64,000 nucleotides of DNA from Bacteroidota bacterium (GCA_040751955.1 JBFMFY010000001.1:73405-137404); one strand, 5' to 3'; positions 28,893 to 39,887 are shown, numbered from the stretch's first letter. Program-made: numbers and translations. The notes: a model not told the origin generated them from the letters alone.

Positions 28893-30029
28893 ATGATGAC
28901 TACTCAGATCGACAAAAAAAATATTGTTCAGACAAAATTTGTCACACTGTTTGACGAATCGAATCCATTGTTCATGGACATCGGCGAATATCTTGCCCCT
29001 GTAACAGTGGCGTACGAAACATACGGCGAGTTGAATGCCGAACGAACGAATGCAATTCTTGTCTGTCATGCATTAACCGGCAGTGCTCATGCTGCAGGTT
29101 ATTCATCCGATGACCCGAAATCTGTTGGATGGTGGGATACATTCATTGGTGAAGGGAAGCCGCTCGATACATCCAAGTACTTTGTCATTTGTTCTAATTT
29201 TCTCGGAAGCTGTTACGGTACTACCGGTTCTATTTCAACCAATCCGCATACGGAAAAGCCGTACGGTTTGATCTTTCCGCAGATGACGGTGAGAGATATG
29301 GTGCGGGTTCAAAAATCTCTTATAGTATATCTCGGTGTAAAAAAGTTAAAGAGTGTTATCGGCGGTTCATTGGGCGGCATGCAAGCGCTCGAGTGGGCAT
29401 TATTGTATCCCGATCTTGTCGAATCGATCATTCCGATTGCAACATCCGCGCAACATTCTGCGTGGAGTATCGGATTGAACGATATCGCCCGACAGGCAAT
29501 TATGAACGATCCTGATTGGCGTGCCGGCAATTATTACGACTTCGGTCAGCCGCAAAAGGGATTATCACTCGCCCGGCAGATCGCCATGGTCTCGTACAGA
29601 AGTGAGAAAGAATTCAAACATCGATTCGGACGTGAACGTCAGAAAAAAAACGGCACTCCGGCAACGTACCATTTTGAACCAGACAATCTATTTCAAGTAG
29701 AAAGCTACCTCCGCTATCAGGGAAAGAAACTAGTGGAACGGTTTGATGCCAACACGTACATCTACATCAGCCGTGCGATGGATTTGCACGATATTACAAT
29801 CGGACGCGGAACGCTGCCTGAAGTGCTCGGTTCTATTGCTGTTCCCACACTCAATATCGGTATCGATTCTGATATTCTCTATCCCGTGAGAGAACAAAAA
29901 GAAATTGCGCAGTACATCCCCCGCTCAACATATAAAGAGATCCCATCTCCGTACGGCCATGATGCATTTTTAATTGAATTTGATCAGATGGCACACCACG
30001 TTCGGGCATTTCTTTTTCAATTAAATTAA
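28893..30029 (+). CDS. metX: Homoserine O-acetyltransferase
   Basis: Alpha/beta-hydrolase MetX signature ([27 protein letters not shown]). 378 aa. Confidence 0.9.
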   Translation: MMTTQIDKKNIVQTKFVTLFDESNPLFMDIGEYLAPVTVAYETYGELNAERTNAILVCHALTGSAHAAGYSSDDPKSVGWWDTFIGEGKPLDTSKYFVICSNFLGSCYGTTGSISTNPHTEKPYGLIFPQMTVRDMVRVQKSLIVYLGVKKLKSVIGGSLGGMQALEWALLYPDLVESIIPIATSAQHSAWSIGLNDIARQAIMNDPDWRAGNYYDFGQPQKGLSLARQIAMVSYRSEKEFKHRFGRERQKKNGTPATYHFEPDNLFQVESYLRYQGKKLVERFDANTYIYISRAMDLHDITIGRGTLPEVLGSIAVPTLNIGIDSDILYPVREQKEIAQYIPRSTYKEIPSPYGHDAFLIEFDQMAHHVRAFLFQLN

Positions 30030-30138
30030 CCCGATTGTGCTCTCGTCGAAAAAGCCCTTTTCCCTATTAATTTACTTGACATTTTAGCAGCTCTTAATTA
30101 AACTTCTCGAGACAATAACTCATTTTAGGGGAGGTGTA

Positions 30139-31425
30139 ATGAAAAAAATATTATTCCAGGTAAGTTTTTTGATGTTGTTAATAGTTTCATCTTTAGTTGG
30201 AACTACGACGAGTTCAACTACAAGAGCTGTGGATATAAATGGAAACATAGCTGGTCAAAAGTCTGCAACAAATGGAACAAACGGTTCATCTTGGGAAAAT
30301 GATGAAGCTTTTTCAGGTAACGATGGAGTAGTGATGTATCTAACTTGGGACGATACCAATCTCTATGTAGGTTGGGAGGGTGGTGATGCATCGCAACAGC
30401 ATATTGTATGGATCGATATCGATCCACAAGTAACGCCTACCAATGGTACCGGCAGCACATCGACATTTTCTTATGGAGGAATTACTGCAACATTACCGTT
30501 CACAGGAAATTTTTTTGCAAATATACAATCGTCATATAATGAATACCGAACTAACACAACAGGAACATGGTCAGGTGGTACTTCGGCTGAGTTAACTGTT
30601 TCGAATACCAATTCAAATGATATAGAAGTTATTATTCCATGGTCTAAACTAGGTGGTAAACCAAGCAAAATATATATTCTTTCCTATATCAATGATCCTA
30701 GTGGAGGAGGTAGCGATGGATATGTTTACGGTGGTTCTCCTACAACTGTATCGAGCGGCGATTTTGATGGCGGAATGTCTATTGGTGCGTCAAATACGTG
30801 GTTTGCTGCCAATGTAACTTCTGGCATTGCTCCGTTTTCGGATCAGGGCGGGCTTCTCCCTGTCGAACTCACGACTTTTTCCGTGAATACTATCGGTAAA
30901 AATGTTCACTTACAATGGAGCACCGCAACAGAAACTAATAATGCCGGTTTTGAAATCGAGCGTCAGGATCAAACTTCGAATGCCTGGCATAAGATTGCAT
31001 TTATTGAAGGACACGGAACGACCAGTTCTCCCAAATCATACTCATATGTCGATTCAAAAGTCTCCGCTGGAAAATTTTTATACCGGTTGAAGCAGATCGA
31101 TCGCGATGGAAAATTTGAATACAGCAATACGGTTGAATCTAATGTGGGACTGACTGCTGAAGATTTTCATCTATCGCAGAATTATCCAAATCCGTTCAAT
31201 CCTTTAACAATAATCCAATTTGCAGTACCGTTGAGTGAATTTGTCTCACTGAAGGTGTACAATGCACTCGGACAGGAAATGAAGACCCTTTTCAATGGCA
31301 TAGCGGAGGGGAACACGTTACATAAAGTTGAATTCGATGGTTCGTCGTTACCAAGTGGTGTTTATTTCTATGCGCTGAAAACAAAAGAGCGTAATGATGT
31401 AAAGAAACTGTTGTTACTAAAATAG
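30139..31425 (+). CDS. Secreted protein with T9SS type-A C-terminal sorting domain (cargo of unknown function)
   Basis: Signal peptide. C-terminus LSQNYPNPFNPLTIIQF...SGVYFYALKTKERNDVKKLLLLK is a classic Por/T9SS CTD. RBS-like GGGGAGG upstream. Confidence 0.7.
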   Translation: MKKILFQVSFLMLLIVSSLVGTTTSSTTRAVDINGNIAGQKSATNGTNGSSWENDEAFSGNDGVVMYLTWDDTNLYVGWEGGDASQQHIVWIDIDPQVTPTNGTGSTSTFSYGGITATLPFTGNFFANIQSSYNEYRTNTTGTWSGGTSAELTVSNTNSNDIEVIIPWSKLGGKPSKIYILSYINDPSGGGSDGYVYGGSPTTVSSGDFDGGMSIGASNTWFAANVTSGIAPFSDQGGLLPVELTTFSVNTIGKNVHLQWSTATETNNAGFEIERQDQTSNAWHKIAFIEGHGTTSSPKSYSYVDSKVSAGKFLYRLKQIDRDGKFEYSNTVESNVGLTAEDFHLSQNYPNPFNPLTIIQFAVPLSEFVSLKVYNALGQEMKTLFNGIAEGNTLHKVEFDGSSLPSGVYFYALKTKERNDVKKLLLLK

Positions 31426-31444
31426 CAGTTTTTCAGTTCACGGC

Positions 31445-31476
31445 AAAAAATCCCGCTTCTCGCGGGATTTTTTTTG
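31445..31476 (+). terminator. Rho-independent terminator (ATCCCGC-TTCTC-GCGGGAT plus T9)
   Basis: Hairpin followed by TTTTTTTTT about 20 nt after the stop codon. Confidence 0.6.
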
Positions 31477-31526
31477 TCCATTAACTTTTGTATTTTGTTA
31501 ATAAATACTGAAAGCACATCTCTTCA

Positions 31527-32843
31527 ATGCCCAATCCTTTAATTGCCATTGTCGGCCGTCCCAACGTCGGAAAATCAACCCTCTTCAACAGAATTATCGG
31601 GGCACAGCACGCCATTGTGCATGACGAACCCGGCGTCACACGCGACCGTCATTACGGGCTTGCAGAATGGACCGGAAAAAAATTCATGCTGATCGATACG
31701 GGTGGGTTCGTTCCGGACTCCGACGAGGTTTTCGAAAAAGCGATTCGGGAACAATCGCAAGTTGCGATTGAAGAAGCTGATAAAATTATCTTTGTCGTTG
31801 ACGGAAAAGATGGAATGACACCGATTGACCGGGAGATCGCACAAATTCTCCGCAAGGCGAATAAGAAGGTGCACCTCGTTGTCAACAAAATTGATTCTCC
31901 CCGCGATGAACATTCGGCTGCACAGTTTCATAAACTCGGTTTTGCAGATCCGTACTCACTCGCTGCGCTTGGCGGGAGGAAGATCGGCGACTTTCTTGAT
32001 CTTATCACAGCCGAATTTCCGAAAGTACAGGATGACGATGATCTCGATACGCAATTAAAGATTGCTATCATCGGTAAACCGAATGTCGGAAAATCTTCCC
32101 TTGTCAATGCAATTCTCGGGAAAGAACGCTCGATTGTGACCCCGATTGCCGGTACAACACGTGATCCTATCGACTCTACCTTCACATATGCCGGAGAAGA
32201 AATCCTGTTGGTTGATACTGCCGGATTGATGCGGAAAAGTAAGATCAGGCAGAGTGTCGATTTTTTCTCAACAATCAGGACACTTAAAGCGATCGATCGT
32301 TGTAATCTTGCCATCGTTCTTTTCGACGCTTCCACGCCGCTTGAAAAGCAGGATCTTCGCATCGTTCAAACAGCAGTGGAAAAAAATATCAGTGTGATTA
32401 TTGCTGTGAACAAATGGGACGTTGTCGAAAAAGAGACCAATACGACGAAAGAGTACGAGCAGATACTTCGGAGTAAACTCCGAACGTATGATTATATTCC
32501 TCTAATCTTCATTTCTGCAAAAACGAAGCAGCGGATTTTCAAAGCGATTGATCTCGCGAAGCAGATTCATGCAAACCGTGGGATGCGCATACCGACAAGT
32601 TCATTGAACGAATCTCTTCTGGCGGATATCAAACATTATCCCCCTTCATCAAAAACCGGCAAAGATATAAAACTGAATTATGTCACGCAGGTGAAGTCAT
32701 CACCACCGGTGTTTGCGTTCTTTGCAAATGAACCGCAAATGGTTTCGGAAGTGTATAAGCGGTACCTTGAGAACAGGATTCGCCACCATTACGGCTTTCA
32801 TGGAGTTCCGCTGACATTGGTATTCAAGAAGAAAAGAAAATGA
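31527..32843 (+). CDS. der: Ribosome-associated GTPase Der (EngA), tandem GTPase domains
   Basis: Two G-domains (GRPNVGKST and GKPNVGKSS) plus a KH-like C-terminus. 438 aa. Confidence 0.9.
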   Translation: MPNPLIAIVGRPNVGKSTLFNRIIGAQHAIVHDEPGVTRDRHYGLAEWTGKKFMLIDTGGFVPDSDEVFEKAIREQSQVAIEEADKIIFVVDGKDGMTPIDREIAQILRKANKKVHLVVNKIDSPRDEHSAAQFHKLGFADPYSLAALGGRKIGDFLDLITAEFPKVQDDDDLDTQLKIAIIGKPNVGKSSLVNAILGKERSIVTPIAGTTRDPIDSTFTYAGEEILLVDTAGLMRKSKIRQSVDFFSTIRTLKAIDRCNLAIVLFDASTPLEKQDLRIVQTAVEKNISVIIAVNKWDVVEKETNTTKEYEQILRSKLRTYDYIPLIFISAKTKQRIFKAIDLAKQIHANRGMRIPTSSLNESLLADIKHYPPSSKTGKDIKLNYVTQVKSSPPVFAFFANEPQMVSEVYKRYLENRIRHHYGFHGVPLTLVFKKKRK

Positions 32844-34213
32844 AACGACGCATCGTCATTATAGGCGGGGTTGCCGCCGGACCCAGTGCCGCAGCAAAGG
32901 CAAAGAGAGTCAACCCCGACGCGGATGTTGTTTTGTACGAGTCGGGAGAACATATTTCGTACGGCGTGTGCGAAATTCCATACTATATCTCCGGCGAAGT
33001 TACTGATGCAAAAAAGCTGGAAGTTTTTACTCCGGAACGGCTGCAAAAAGAGAAGGGAGTTGTAGTTCACACGCAGCATCTGGTTGAAGAGATCGTTCCG
33101 TCCAAGAGGGAAGTTACAATCAAGAATCTTGTCTCCGGAATTTCATTCATCGACTCTTATGATAAACTGATCATTGCAACGGGGAATATTTCAAAGAAAT
33201 TGAATATAGATGGTGAGAACGCACGAAACGTTTTCCATATTAAGACACTCTCCGGAGCGCATAATCTTTTTAAGTTTATCAAGGAAGAACATCCCCGCTC
33301 TGCAACAATCATCGGCGCCGGTTTTATCGGACTCGAAATGGCTGATGCCTTATTGAAAAGAGGAATGGATGTCACTGTTGTTCAACGCTCCTTAGCACCG
33401 CTTTCAATAACACCTCCTGAGATTCAGAAAATAATTCTTGCAGAACTCAACTCCCATCACATAGAATTTATTCCTGATGCAACAGTGGAGTGGTTTGGAA
33501 TCGGCGCGAAACAAAATGTTGTTGCCGTCGGTCTCAAAAACAGAACTATTGATACCGATCTTGTTATCGTTGCTGTCGGAGTTGAACCGAACTCTTCGCT
33601 TGCAAAAGAATGTGGCATTCATATCGGAAATTTCGGCGGTATCCTTACCGGCGAACGGATGAATGCATTGGGAGCCGACAATGTGTATGCGGCTGGCGAC
33701 TGTTGCGAAGTGAAAAACATCGTGACAAAAAAACCATTCTATCTTTCTCTCGCGATGACAGCAAGTAAAACCGGCTGGGTTGCAGGTGAAAACGCAGCGG
33801 GAGGAAATGCACAATTCAAAGGAACAATACGAGCAATCGGACTGCGTGTTTGTGAAGTAGAAGTCGCTCAGGTCGGACTAACACCTGCGGAAGCAAAAGC
33901 AGCGGGATTCGATGTCGTTACTTCAACAATCATTTCCAACTCCCGCATCGGATTTATGCCGGGGAATTCACAATTGACGATAACGACACTTGTGGATAAG
34001 AAAAGCGGCAAACTGATCGGTGCATCTATTGCCGGCAAAGATGGTGCCGTTCAGCGTGCAAATATTTTTTCCGTTGCCATTCGCCACGGAATGACTCCAC
34101 GCGACATTTCTGAATTTGATCTAATTTATGCCCCGCCGTTTGCGCCGTTGTGGGATGGAGTTGTAATGAGCGGTATTCAACTTGATAAATTATTTAAAGG
34201 GGAGTACTCATGA
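32840..34213 (+). CDS. FAD-dependent pyridine nucleotide-disulfide oxidoreductase, single-Cys CoA-disulfide reductase/NADH oxidase family
   Basis: GGVAAGPSAA FAD motif and the redox-active Cys in SYGVCEIPY (compare SFANCALPY of CoADR/Nox/Npr). 457 aa. ATGA overlap with der. Confidence 0.75.
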   Translation: MKRRIVIIGGVAAGPSAAAKAKRVNPDADVVLYESGEHISYGVCEIPYYISGEVTDAKKLEVFTPERLQKEKGVVVHTQHLVEEIVPSKREVTIKNLVSGISFIDSYDKLIIATGNISKKLNIDGENARNVFHIKTLSGAHNLFKFIKEEHPRSATIIGAGFIGLEMADALLKRGMDVTVVQRSLAPLSITPPEIQKIILAELNSHHIEFIPDATVEWFGIGAKQNVVAVGLKNRTIDTDLVIVAVGVEPNSSLAKECGIHIGNFGGILTGERMNALGADNVYAAGDCCEVKNIVTKKPFYLSLAMTASKTGWVAGENAAGGNAQFKGTIRAIGLRVCEVEVAQVGLTPAEAKAAGFDVVTSTIISNSRIGFMPGNSQLTITTLVDKKSGKLIGASIAGKDGAVQRANIFSVAIRHGMTPRDISEFDLIYAPPFAPLWDGVVMSGIQLDKLFKGEYS

Positions 34214-34836
34214 AAAACCTGACTGTCATCAACCACCCGCTTGTGCAGCGCGATGTATCGATCTTGCGGGACAAGAATACACCGAACCACCTTTTTAGAA
34301 ACGTCCTATCCAGAATTGCAGGGATGATGGCATTTGAAGTGACGCATGATTTTCAGGTCGATCAGTATTCGCTTCAAACACCGCTGGAGAAGACAAAAGG
34401 ATATAAATTAAAAAATGATATTGTCATTGTACCAATCCTCCGCGCTGGATTAGGGATGGTGGAAGGATTTATGAATGTGCTTCCCGAGGCACGCGTCGGA
34501 CATGTCGGATTATACCGAGATGAAGAAACGCTCGAACCGGTTGATTATTATTCCAAATTTCCCAAGACACTTTCCAAAAGTTTGGTGCTGTTGATTGATC
34601 CGATGCTGGCAACAGGCGGCAGCGCGAAAGCGGCATTGACATTTCTCAAGAAGAAGGGAGCAAAGAATATCCGTTTGGTGTGTCTGGTCGCTTCTCCTGC
34701 CGGTGTGAAGATTGTAGAAAAAAATCATCCCGATGTTCATGTCTTCTGCGCAGTGGTCGATCGGGGATTGAATGATAGAGGATATATTTTGCCCGGACTC
34801 GGCGATGCCGGCGACCGTGTCTTTGGTACGGAGTGA
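34210..34836 (+). CDS. upp: Uracil phosphoribosyltransferase
   Basis: 208 aa with the PRPP-binding motif LIDPMLATGGSA. ATGA overlap with the upstream gene. Confidence 0.9.
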   Translation: MKNLTVINHPLVQRDVSILRDKNTPNHLFRNVLSRIAGMMAFEVTHDFQVDQYSLQTPLEKTKGYKLKNDIVIVPILRAGLGMVEGFMNVLPEARVGHVGLYRDEETLEPVDYYSKFPKTLSKSLVLLIDPMLATGGSAKAALTFLKKKGAKNIRLVCLVASPAGVKIVEKNHPDVHVFCAVVDRGLNDRGYILPGLGDAGDRVFGTE

Positions 34837-35831
34837 GTGTGAAGTTGTTGGTTGGAATCATATTCCTTCTTCCGGCATGCTACGGGCAAATTCTTCAAGA
34901 GAAGCGTTTGCACGAATTGTTACTTCGGGGCATTCATTACACGCTCAGTCAGCACTATGATTCTGCCGAGACGACGTTTCACACGATGATAAAAGAATTC
35001 CCGCAGCATCCCAGCGGATACTTGTATCTTGCCGGTATGTTTCAGGCAAAGTACACTGATTACGGCGACCGTTTCAATGAAGCGCAGTATGATTCGCTCT
35101 TAAACGAAGCAGAAGAACTGGCGGAACGAATGATCAGTACAAAAGAAACAACTGCGTGGGGATATTTTTATTCCGGTATGGCAGATGCTTTTCGTTCCTA
35201 CACTGCCTCGGAGAGCGGCAGCCTTCCCAGCGGCTTCTACTATGGTATCAGTGCCGGCAATGCGCTGGAAAAATGTCTTGAAATGGATTCAACATTCACC
35301 GAAGCGAAGAACATCCTCGGTTCATATTATTTCTGGCGGAGCAAATTGGCGTGGATTCCATTTGTTTCCGATAGAACGGACGAGGGAATCAGCATGATAA
35401 AGGAAGCATTTTTTCATCCGTACGAAAAACATCTTGCATCGCATAATCTGATGCTTATCTTTATAGATGAGAAACGATTTTCAGAAGCAGAATACTACGG
35501 TATGCAGATGCTGAAGGAATATCCGGAGAATCGCTCATACTTGTGGATTATGATGACTCTGTACGAGCAGTGGGGAAAGCAGGAAAGTCTAAAAAGAATA
35601 GTCGATCGTCTTCTGGAAAGTACTTTGAATGCGCCTGTTATTAATAGATACACGGAAGCAACCTGCCGACTTAAACTTGCACAGTTTGCAGCAAACCGCA
35701 ACGATGTGCAAACTGTGAAGTACGAGTGTGAGAAGATTATTGCACTCAAAAAGTATATCGGCAAAACAAAAGGTGACTTAAAGAAAAAAGTGCGTCAGGC
35801 AGAAGACCTTGTAAAGAGCATGGCACAATAA
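34833..35831 (+). CDS. TPR-like repeat hypothetical protein with signal peptide
   Basis: Probable GTG start overlapping the upp stop (GTGA). N-terminal VKLLVGIIFLLPACYGQ signal. Helical repeat-rich. Confidence 0.45.
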   Translation: MSVKLLVGIIFLLPACYGQILQEKRLHELLLRGIHYTLSQHYDSAETTFHTMIKEFPQHPSGYLYLAGMFQAKYTDYGDRFNEAQYDSLLNEAEELAERMISTKETTAWGYFYSGMADAFRSYTASESGSLPSGFYYGISAGNALEKCLEMDSTFTEAKNILGSYYFWRSKLAWIPFVSDRTDEGISMIKEAFFHPYEKHLASHNLMLIFIDEKRFSEAEYYGMQMLKEYPENRSYLWIMMTLYEQWGKQESLKRIVDRLLESTLNAPVINRYTEATCRLKLAQFAANRNDVQTVKYECEKIIALKKYIGKTKGDLKKKVRQAEDLVKSMAQ

Positions 35832-38029
35832 TGCTGCAAGCAAAACATAAAAAGAAACTGGACGATCTGCTCTCGGTATGTCGCAAGAATCTCCGCAAAG
35901 TGAATGAGGAGCTCATTACCAAAGCATTTGAGATGAGTGTGGAAGCGCATAAGCACGACCTGCGGAGTTCAGGCGAACCGTACTTTGGGCATCCGTTTGA
36001 AGTTGCGATGGTTGTTGCGAAAGAGATCGCACTGGATGACGTATCCGTTGCCTGTGCGTTGCTGCATGATGTCGTCGAAGATACCGAGGTCACGATTGAC
36101 GACATCCGCAAAGAATTTGGCGAAACAATTGCAGAAATTGTTGACGGTGCCACGAAGATCAGCAACATCTTTGAAAGCCACGAGATCACGCAGGCGGAGA
36201 ATTATCGGAAACTATTGTTGTCGATGGTCAACGATATCCGCGTTATGATCATCAAGTTTGCCGATCGCCTGCACAATATGCGCACACTCGAATATCTCCC
36301 GCCGGAAAAGCAGCAGCGTATTGCGAAAGAAACTCTCGATATTTACGCGCCGTTCGCCAACCGGTTCGGTCTTGCAAAGATCAAATGGGAGCTGGAAGAT
36401 CTTGCCTTTAAACACCTTCATCGCAAGGAGTACGAAGAAATTGCTCATTCACTGAACTCGAAACGAAGGGAAAGGGAACATTACGTCCGCAAGTTTACCG
36501 TACCGATTGAAAACAGGCTTCGTCAAGAAGGATTAAAATTCGAGATTGAGGGACGTCCGAAACACCTCTTCAGCATTTACAACAAAATGGTGAAACGGAA
36601 CAAACCCCTCGACGAAATTTACGATATGTTCGCGGTTCGCATCGTACTGTACACGGACGACAACAACGAATGCTTTACGGTGTACGGCATCGTATCCGAA
36701 ATTTACAAACCGATCCCGGAAAGGTTCAAGAACTACATTTCTATTCCGAAAAAGAACGGATACCAATCATTGCACACAACCGTCGTCGGTCCCGAAGGGA
36801 AAATGGTTGAAGTGCAGATACGCACGCGTCACATGCATGAGGTTGCCGAACGGGGTGTCGCAGCGCATTGGTACTACAAGGAGAATGGTTCGCAGGCTCC
36901 GCTCGATAAGGAATTGGAAAACTGGATTAACTGGGTGCGCGAAATCTTCGAACAGAAGCAAGGAGAAGATGTTTCGCCGAAAGAACTGATCGAAAGTTTC
37001 AAACTCAATCTCTATCAAGATGAAATTTACGTTTTCACCCCTAAAGGTGATTTAAAAATCCTTCCTAAAAACGCTACCGCCATTGATTTTGCGTTCGAGA
37101 TACATTCTGACGTCGGTTTCCACACCATCGGCGCAAAAGTGAACGGCAGGATCGTTCCGCTTAACACCATTCTGCGCAGCGGCGATCAGGTGGAAATCAT
37201 TACATCCAAAAAACAGATCCCGAATCGCGATTGGGAAAAATTTGCTATCACTCACAAAGCAAAGGCGCACATTCGCCGGTACTTGAAGGAAGAAGAACGA
37301 AAATTGATCGATGCAGGGAGAGAGATCTGGGAAAAGAAGATAAAAAAAGCGAAACTGCACGTCAATGATGATGAGTTGACAGAATTCGTACACACGAAAA
37401 AGTTTGACAACCTCCAGGCGTTTTATCTGGCAATTAAGAACGACGTGGTTGATGCCGATATCGTCATCGCTGAATTGAGCGACAGATCGAAAAATCCGCA
37501 GGGAGAAACGAAACAGGAAGCGAATGTTTCTTCTGATTCAATCTTTAACAAGTTTGTCGATACAGCGCGGAGCATTACAAGCGGTATCTCTATTTTTGGA
37601 ACGAAAGGAAATCTTCTCTACGCCTATGCGAAGTGTTGCAATCCTATCCCCGGCGATGAGATCGTCGGCTATGTGACGACAGGAGAGGGAATCAAGATTC
37701 ATAGGAAGAATTGTAAGAACGTACAATCGATGCTGAACAACGGAGAAGAAAGAATCGTCCATGTCGAGTGGCCCGAATCGACCGCAAGTGATTTTATAGC
37801 CGGCATCAGAATTTCGGGAGACGACAGAAACGGCTTGCTGAACGACGTGACAAATGCGATTTCGAATTATGAAAATACGAATATCCGGTCTGTGAATATC
37901 AATACGAAAGACTCGTTGTTCGACGGACAGTTTGTTGTTTATGTAAAAAATATTACCCATCTCAACAATATCATCGAGCGGTTGCGACGGCTGAAAAGCG
38001 TAACAAAAGTGGAGAGATTTGATGAATGA
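35831..38029 (+). CDS. relA: Bifunctional (p)ppGpp synthetase/hydrolase RelA/SpoT (Rel)
   Basis: HD hydrolase domain (HDVVEDT), RelA_SpoT synthetase domain, and TGS and ACT C-terminal domains. 732 aa. Confidence 0.9.
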   Translation: MLQAKHKKKLDDLLSVCRKNLRKVNEELITKAFEMSVEAHKHDLRSSGEPYFGHPFEVAMVVAKEIALDDVSVACALLHDVVEDTEVTIDDIRKEFGETIAEIVDGATKISNIFESHEITQAENYRKLLLSMVNDIRVMIIKFADRLHNMRTLEYLPPEKQQRIAKETLDIYAPFANRFGLAKIKWELEDLAFKHLHRKEYEEIAHSLNSKRREREHYVRKFTVPIENRLRQEGLKFEIEGRPKHLFSIYNKMVKRNKPLDEIYDMFAVRIVLYTDDNNECFTVYGIVSEIYKPIPERFKNYISIPKKNGYQSLHTTVVGPEGKMVEVQIRTRHMHEVAERGVAAHWYYKENGSQAPLDKELENWINWVREIFEQKQGEDVSPKELIESFKLNLYQDEIYVFTPKGDLKILPKNATAIDFAFEIHSDVGFHTIGAKVNGRIVPLNTILRSGDQVEIITSKKQIPNRDWEKFAITHKAKAHIRRYLKEEERKLIDAGREIWEKKIKKAKLHVNDDELTEFVHTKKFDNLQAFYLAIKNDVVDADIVIAELSDRSKNPQGETKQEANVSSDSIFNKFVDTARSITSGISIFGTKGNLLYAYAKCCNPIPGDEIVGYVTTGEGIKIHRKNCKNVQSMLNNGEERIVHVEWPESTASDFIAGIRISGDDRNGLLNDVTNAISNYENTNIRSVNINTKDSLFDGQFVVYVKNITHLNNIIERLRRLKSVTKVERFDE

Positions 38030-38450
38030 CGACTTCAGCAGAATCTTGGGTGTGGACTACGGTTCGGTGCGGATCGGGTTGGCGTTAAGCGATCCATTGA
38101 GAATTATCGCTCAAGGATTAAAAACGATTCAGAACACTACTCACGCATGGAAAGAAATTGCAGCGATTGTTGAAGAACATAATGTATCGTGCATTGTTGT
38201 GGGTAAGCCGTTGAATCTTAGCGGCACCGATAGCGCGAAATCGGCGGAAGTGGATGAGTTTGTGAAGAAGTTGAGACAAGAAACTGCAGCGGATATTGTA
38301 ATGGTTGATGAACGATTTACCTCTGTGATGGCTCAAAAATCAATCATCCAAATGGGTGCAAGAAAGAAGCAGCGGCAGAACAAAGGAAAAATAGATGAAG
38401 TGGCGTCGGCGATTTTACTGCAGGGATACTTAGATTCATTGAAACGATAA
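38022..38450 (+). CDS. ruvX: Holliday junction resolvase-like RuvX/YqgF
   Basis: N-terminus ILGVDYGSVRIGLALSD is typical of YqgF. About 142 aa. Confidence 0.85.
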   Translation: MNDDFSRILGVDYGSVRIGLALSDPLRIIAQGLKTIQNTTHAWKEIAAIVEEHNVSCIVVGKPLNLSGTDSAKSAEVDEFVKKLRQETAADIVMVDERFTSVMAQKSIIQMGARKKQRQNKGKIDEVASAILLQGYLDSLKR

Positions 38451-38451
38451 T

Positions 38452-39195
38452 GTGAGAACGTCGATAGAAGTATTCGGTACTCTTTTCCACAAAGGTATTG
38501 TATGGGTGAGGGCGAACCCATTGAAGGGAATCGTGTTTGCCGTCGGTGCGATTCTTGCCGTTCAATATCTTTTGCTGCCAAATATACGGCTGCAAGCTCT
38601 TCGCAAAACAAATCCAGTGCGCACCGCCTTGATGTACCAGCGAATGAATGAAGCAAAGTCTGCCGGAAAACAATTCTCGCTGGACCAACGGTGGGTACCG
38701 CTGTCAAAAATATCGAGACATTTGATCAATGCAGTGATCGTTGCAGAAGACGGAATGTTTTACGCGCATGAAGGAGTTGATTGGTACGAAGTAGAAGAGT
38801 CTATCCGGAAAAACATTGAAAAGGGGAAGGCAGCGCGTGGAGGAAGTACAATCACCCAGCAACTCGCGAAGAATTTATTCCTTTCAACATCGAAAGATCC
38901 CGTCCGGAAATTCAAAGAATTGATTGTAACGCTTCGCATGGAACGTGTTCTTTCCAAACGCCGCATACTGGAAATTTATCTGAATGTCATTGAGTGGGGG
39001 AACGGCGTGTTCGGCGCCGAAGCTGCGTCTCTGAAGTATTTCGGTAAACATGCATCCGATCTGACACGAGAAGAAGCGGCACAAATGGCAGCAGTAATTC
39101 CCAGTCCGCGGCGGTACAAGCCGAACGAGATGTCTCGATATGTCGAGCGACGTTCAGCGATAATTTTGAACCGTATGGCAGCGAGAGGTTTCTGA
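38452..39195 (+). CDS. mtgA: Monofunctional biosynthetic peptidoglycan transglycosylase
   Basis: GT51 motifs EDGMFYAHEGVD and GGSTITQQLAKN. Probable GTG start. Confidence 0.8.
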   Translation: MRTSIEVFGTLFHKGIVWVRANPLKGIVFAVGAILAVQYLLLPNIRLQALRKTNPVRTALMYQRMNEAKSAGKQFSLDQRWVPLSKISRHLINAVIVAEDGMFYAHEGVDWYEVEESIRKNIEKGKAARGGSTITQQLAKNLFLSTSKDPVRKFKELIVTLRMERVLSKRRILEIYLNVIEWGNGVFGAEAASLKYFGKHASDLTREEAAQMAAVIPSPRRYKPNEMSRYVERRSAIILNRMAARGF

Positions 39196-39887
39196 TGAAT
39201 ATTCATGATGTAAGGATGCTGATTGAAGAGGGGGAGGGATTTGAACTTGAATTTAAAAGGAAAACCTCATCTCCCGAAAAAATCGCAAAGACGATGTGTG
39301 CATTTGCCAACACGCAGGGGGGCATTCTGCTGTTCGGCGTGGATGATGACGGTTCACTGGTCGGAGTGGAAAGTGAAAAATCGGAAGTTGACTTGATTCG
39401 ACAAGCAGGAGAACAATTTTGCGATCCGCCCGTCTCGTTGCATATTCAATTCGTTCCGTATAACCATAAAGATGTTATTGTTGTAACCGTTGAAGAAAGT
39501 GATAAGAAACCGCACTTCGTTGTTCGCAATGGAGATGAACCGAAAGCATTTGTCCGTGTTAATGACAATACGGTTCTGGCTAGCCGTGAAGTGATCAAAG
39601 TCTTACGGGATGAATCTTCCCAAAAAGGGTTAACCCTGACCATTGGGGAGAATGAAAAGCGGCTCTTCGCATATTTCGAAGGACGGCAGCGTATTACTGT
39701 AAAGGAATTTTCTGAACTCATCAATGTTTCTCATCGGCGCGCCTCACGCATTTTGACCACCCTTGTCCGTGCCGGCGTGATCAGGATCCATACGTTGGAA
39801 AAGACAGACTATTTTACACTCGCTTCGCCTGCTGAAGTATCCTCACACAGTCGTACAGCACAATCCCGTATGCGACAGCGACATTGA
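39195..39887 (+). CDS. AlbA_2 (Schlafen-like, 'divergent AAA') domain protein with C-terminal winged-HTH; putative transcriptional regulator
   Basis: N-terminal EGEGFELEFKRK...AFANTQGGILLFGVDDDGSLVGV matches the AlbA_2 domain signature. C-terminal KEFSELINVSHRRASRILTTLVRAGVI is an HTH. 230 aa. Confidence 0.6.
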   Translation: MNIHDVRMLIEEGEGFELEFKRKTSSPEKIAKTMCAFANTQGGILLFGVDDDGSLVGVESEKSEVDLIRQAGEQFCDPPVSLHIQFVPYNHKDVIVVTVEESDKKPHFVVRNGDEPKAFVRVNDNTVLASREVIKVLRDESSQKGLTLTIGENEKRLFAYFEGRQRITVKEFSELINVSHRRASRILTTLVRAGVIRIHTLEKTDYFTLASPAEVSSHSRTAQSRMRQRH

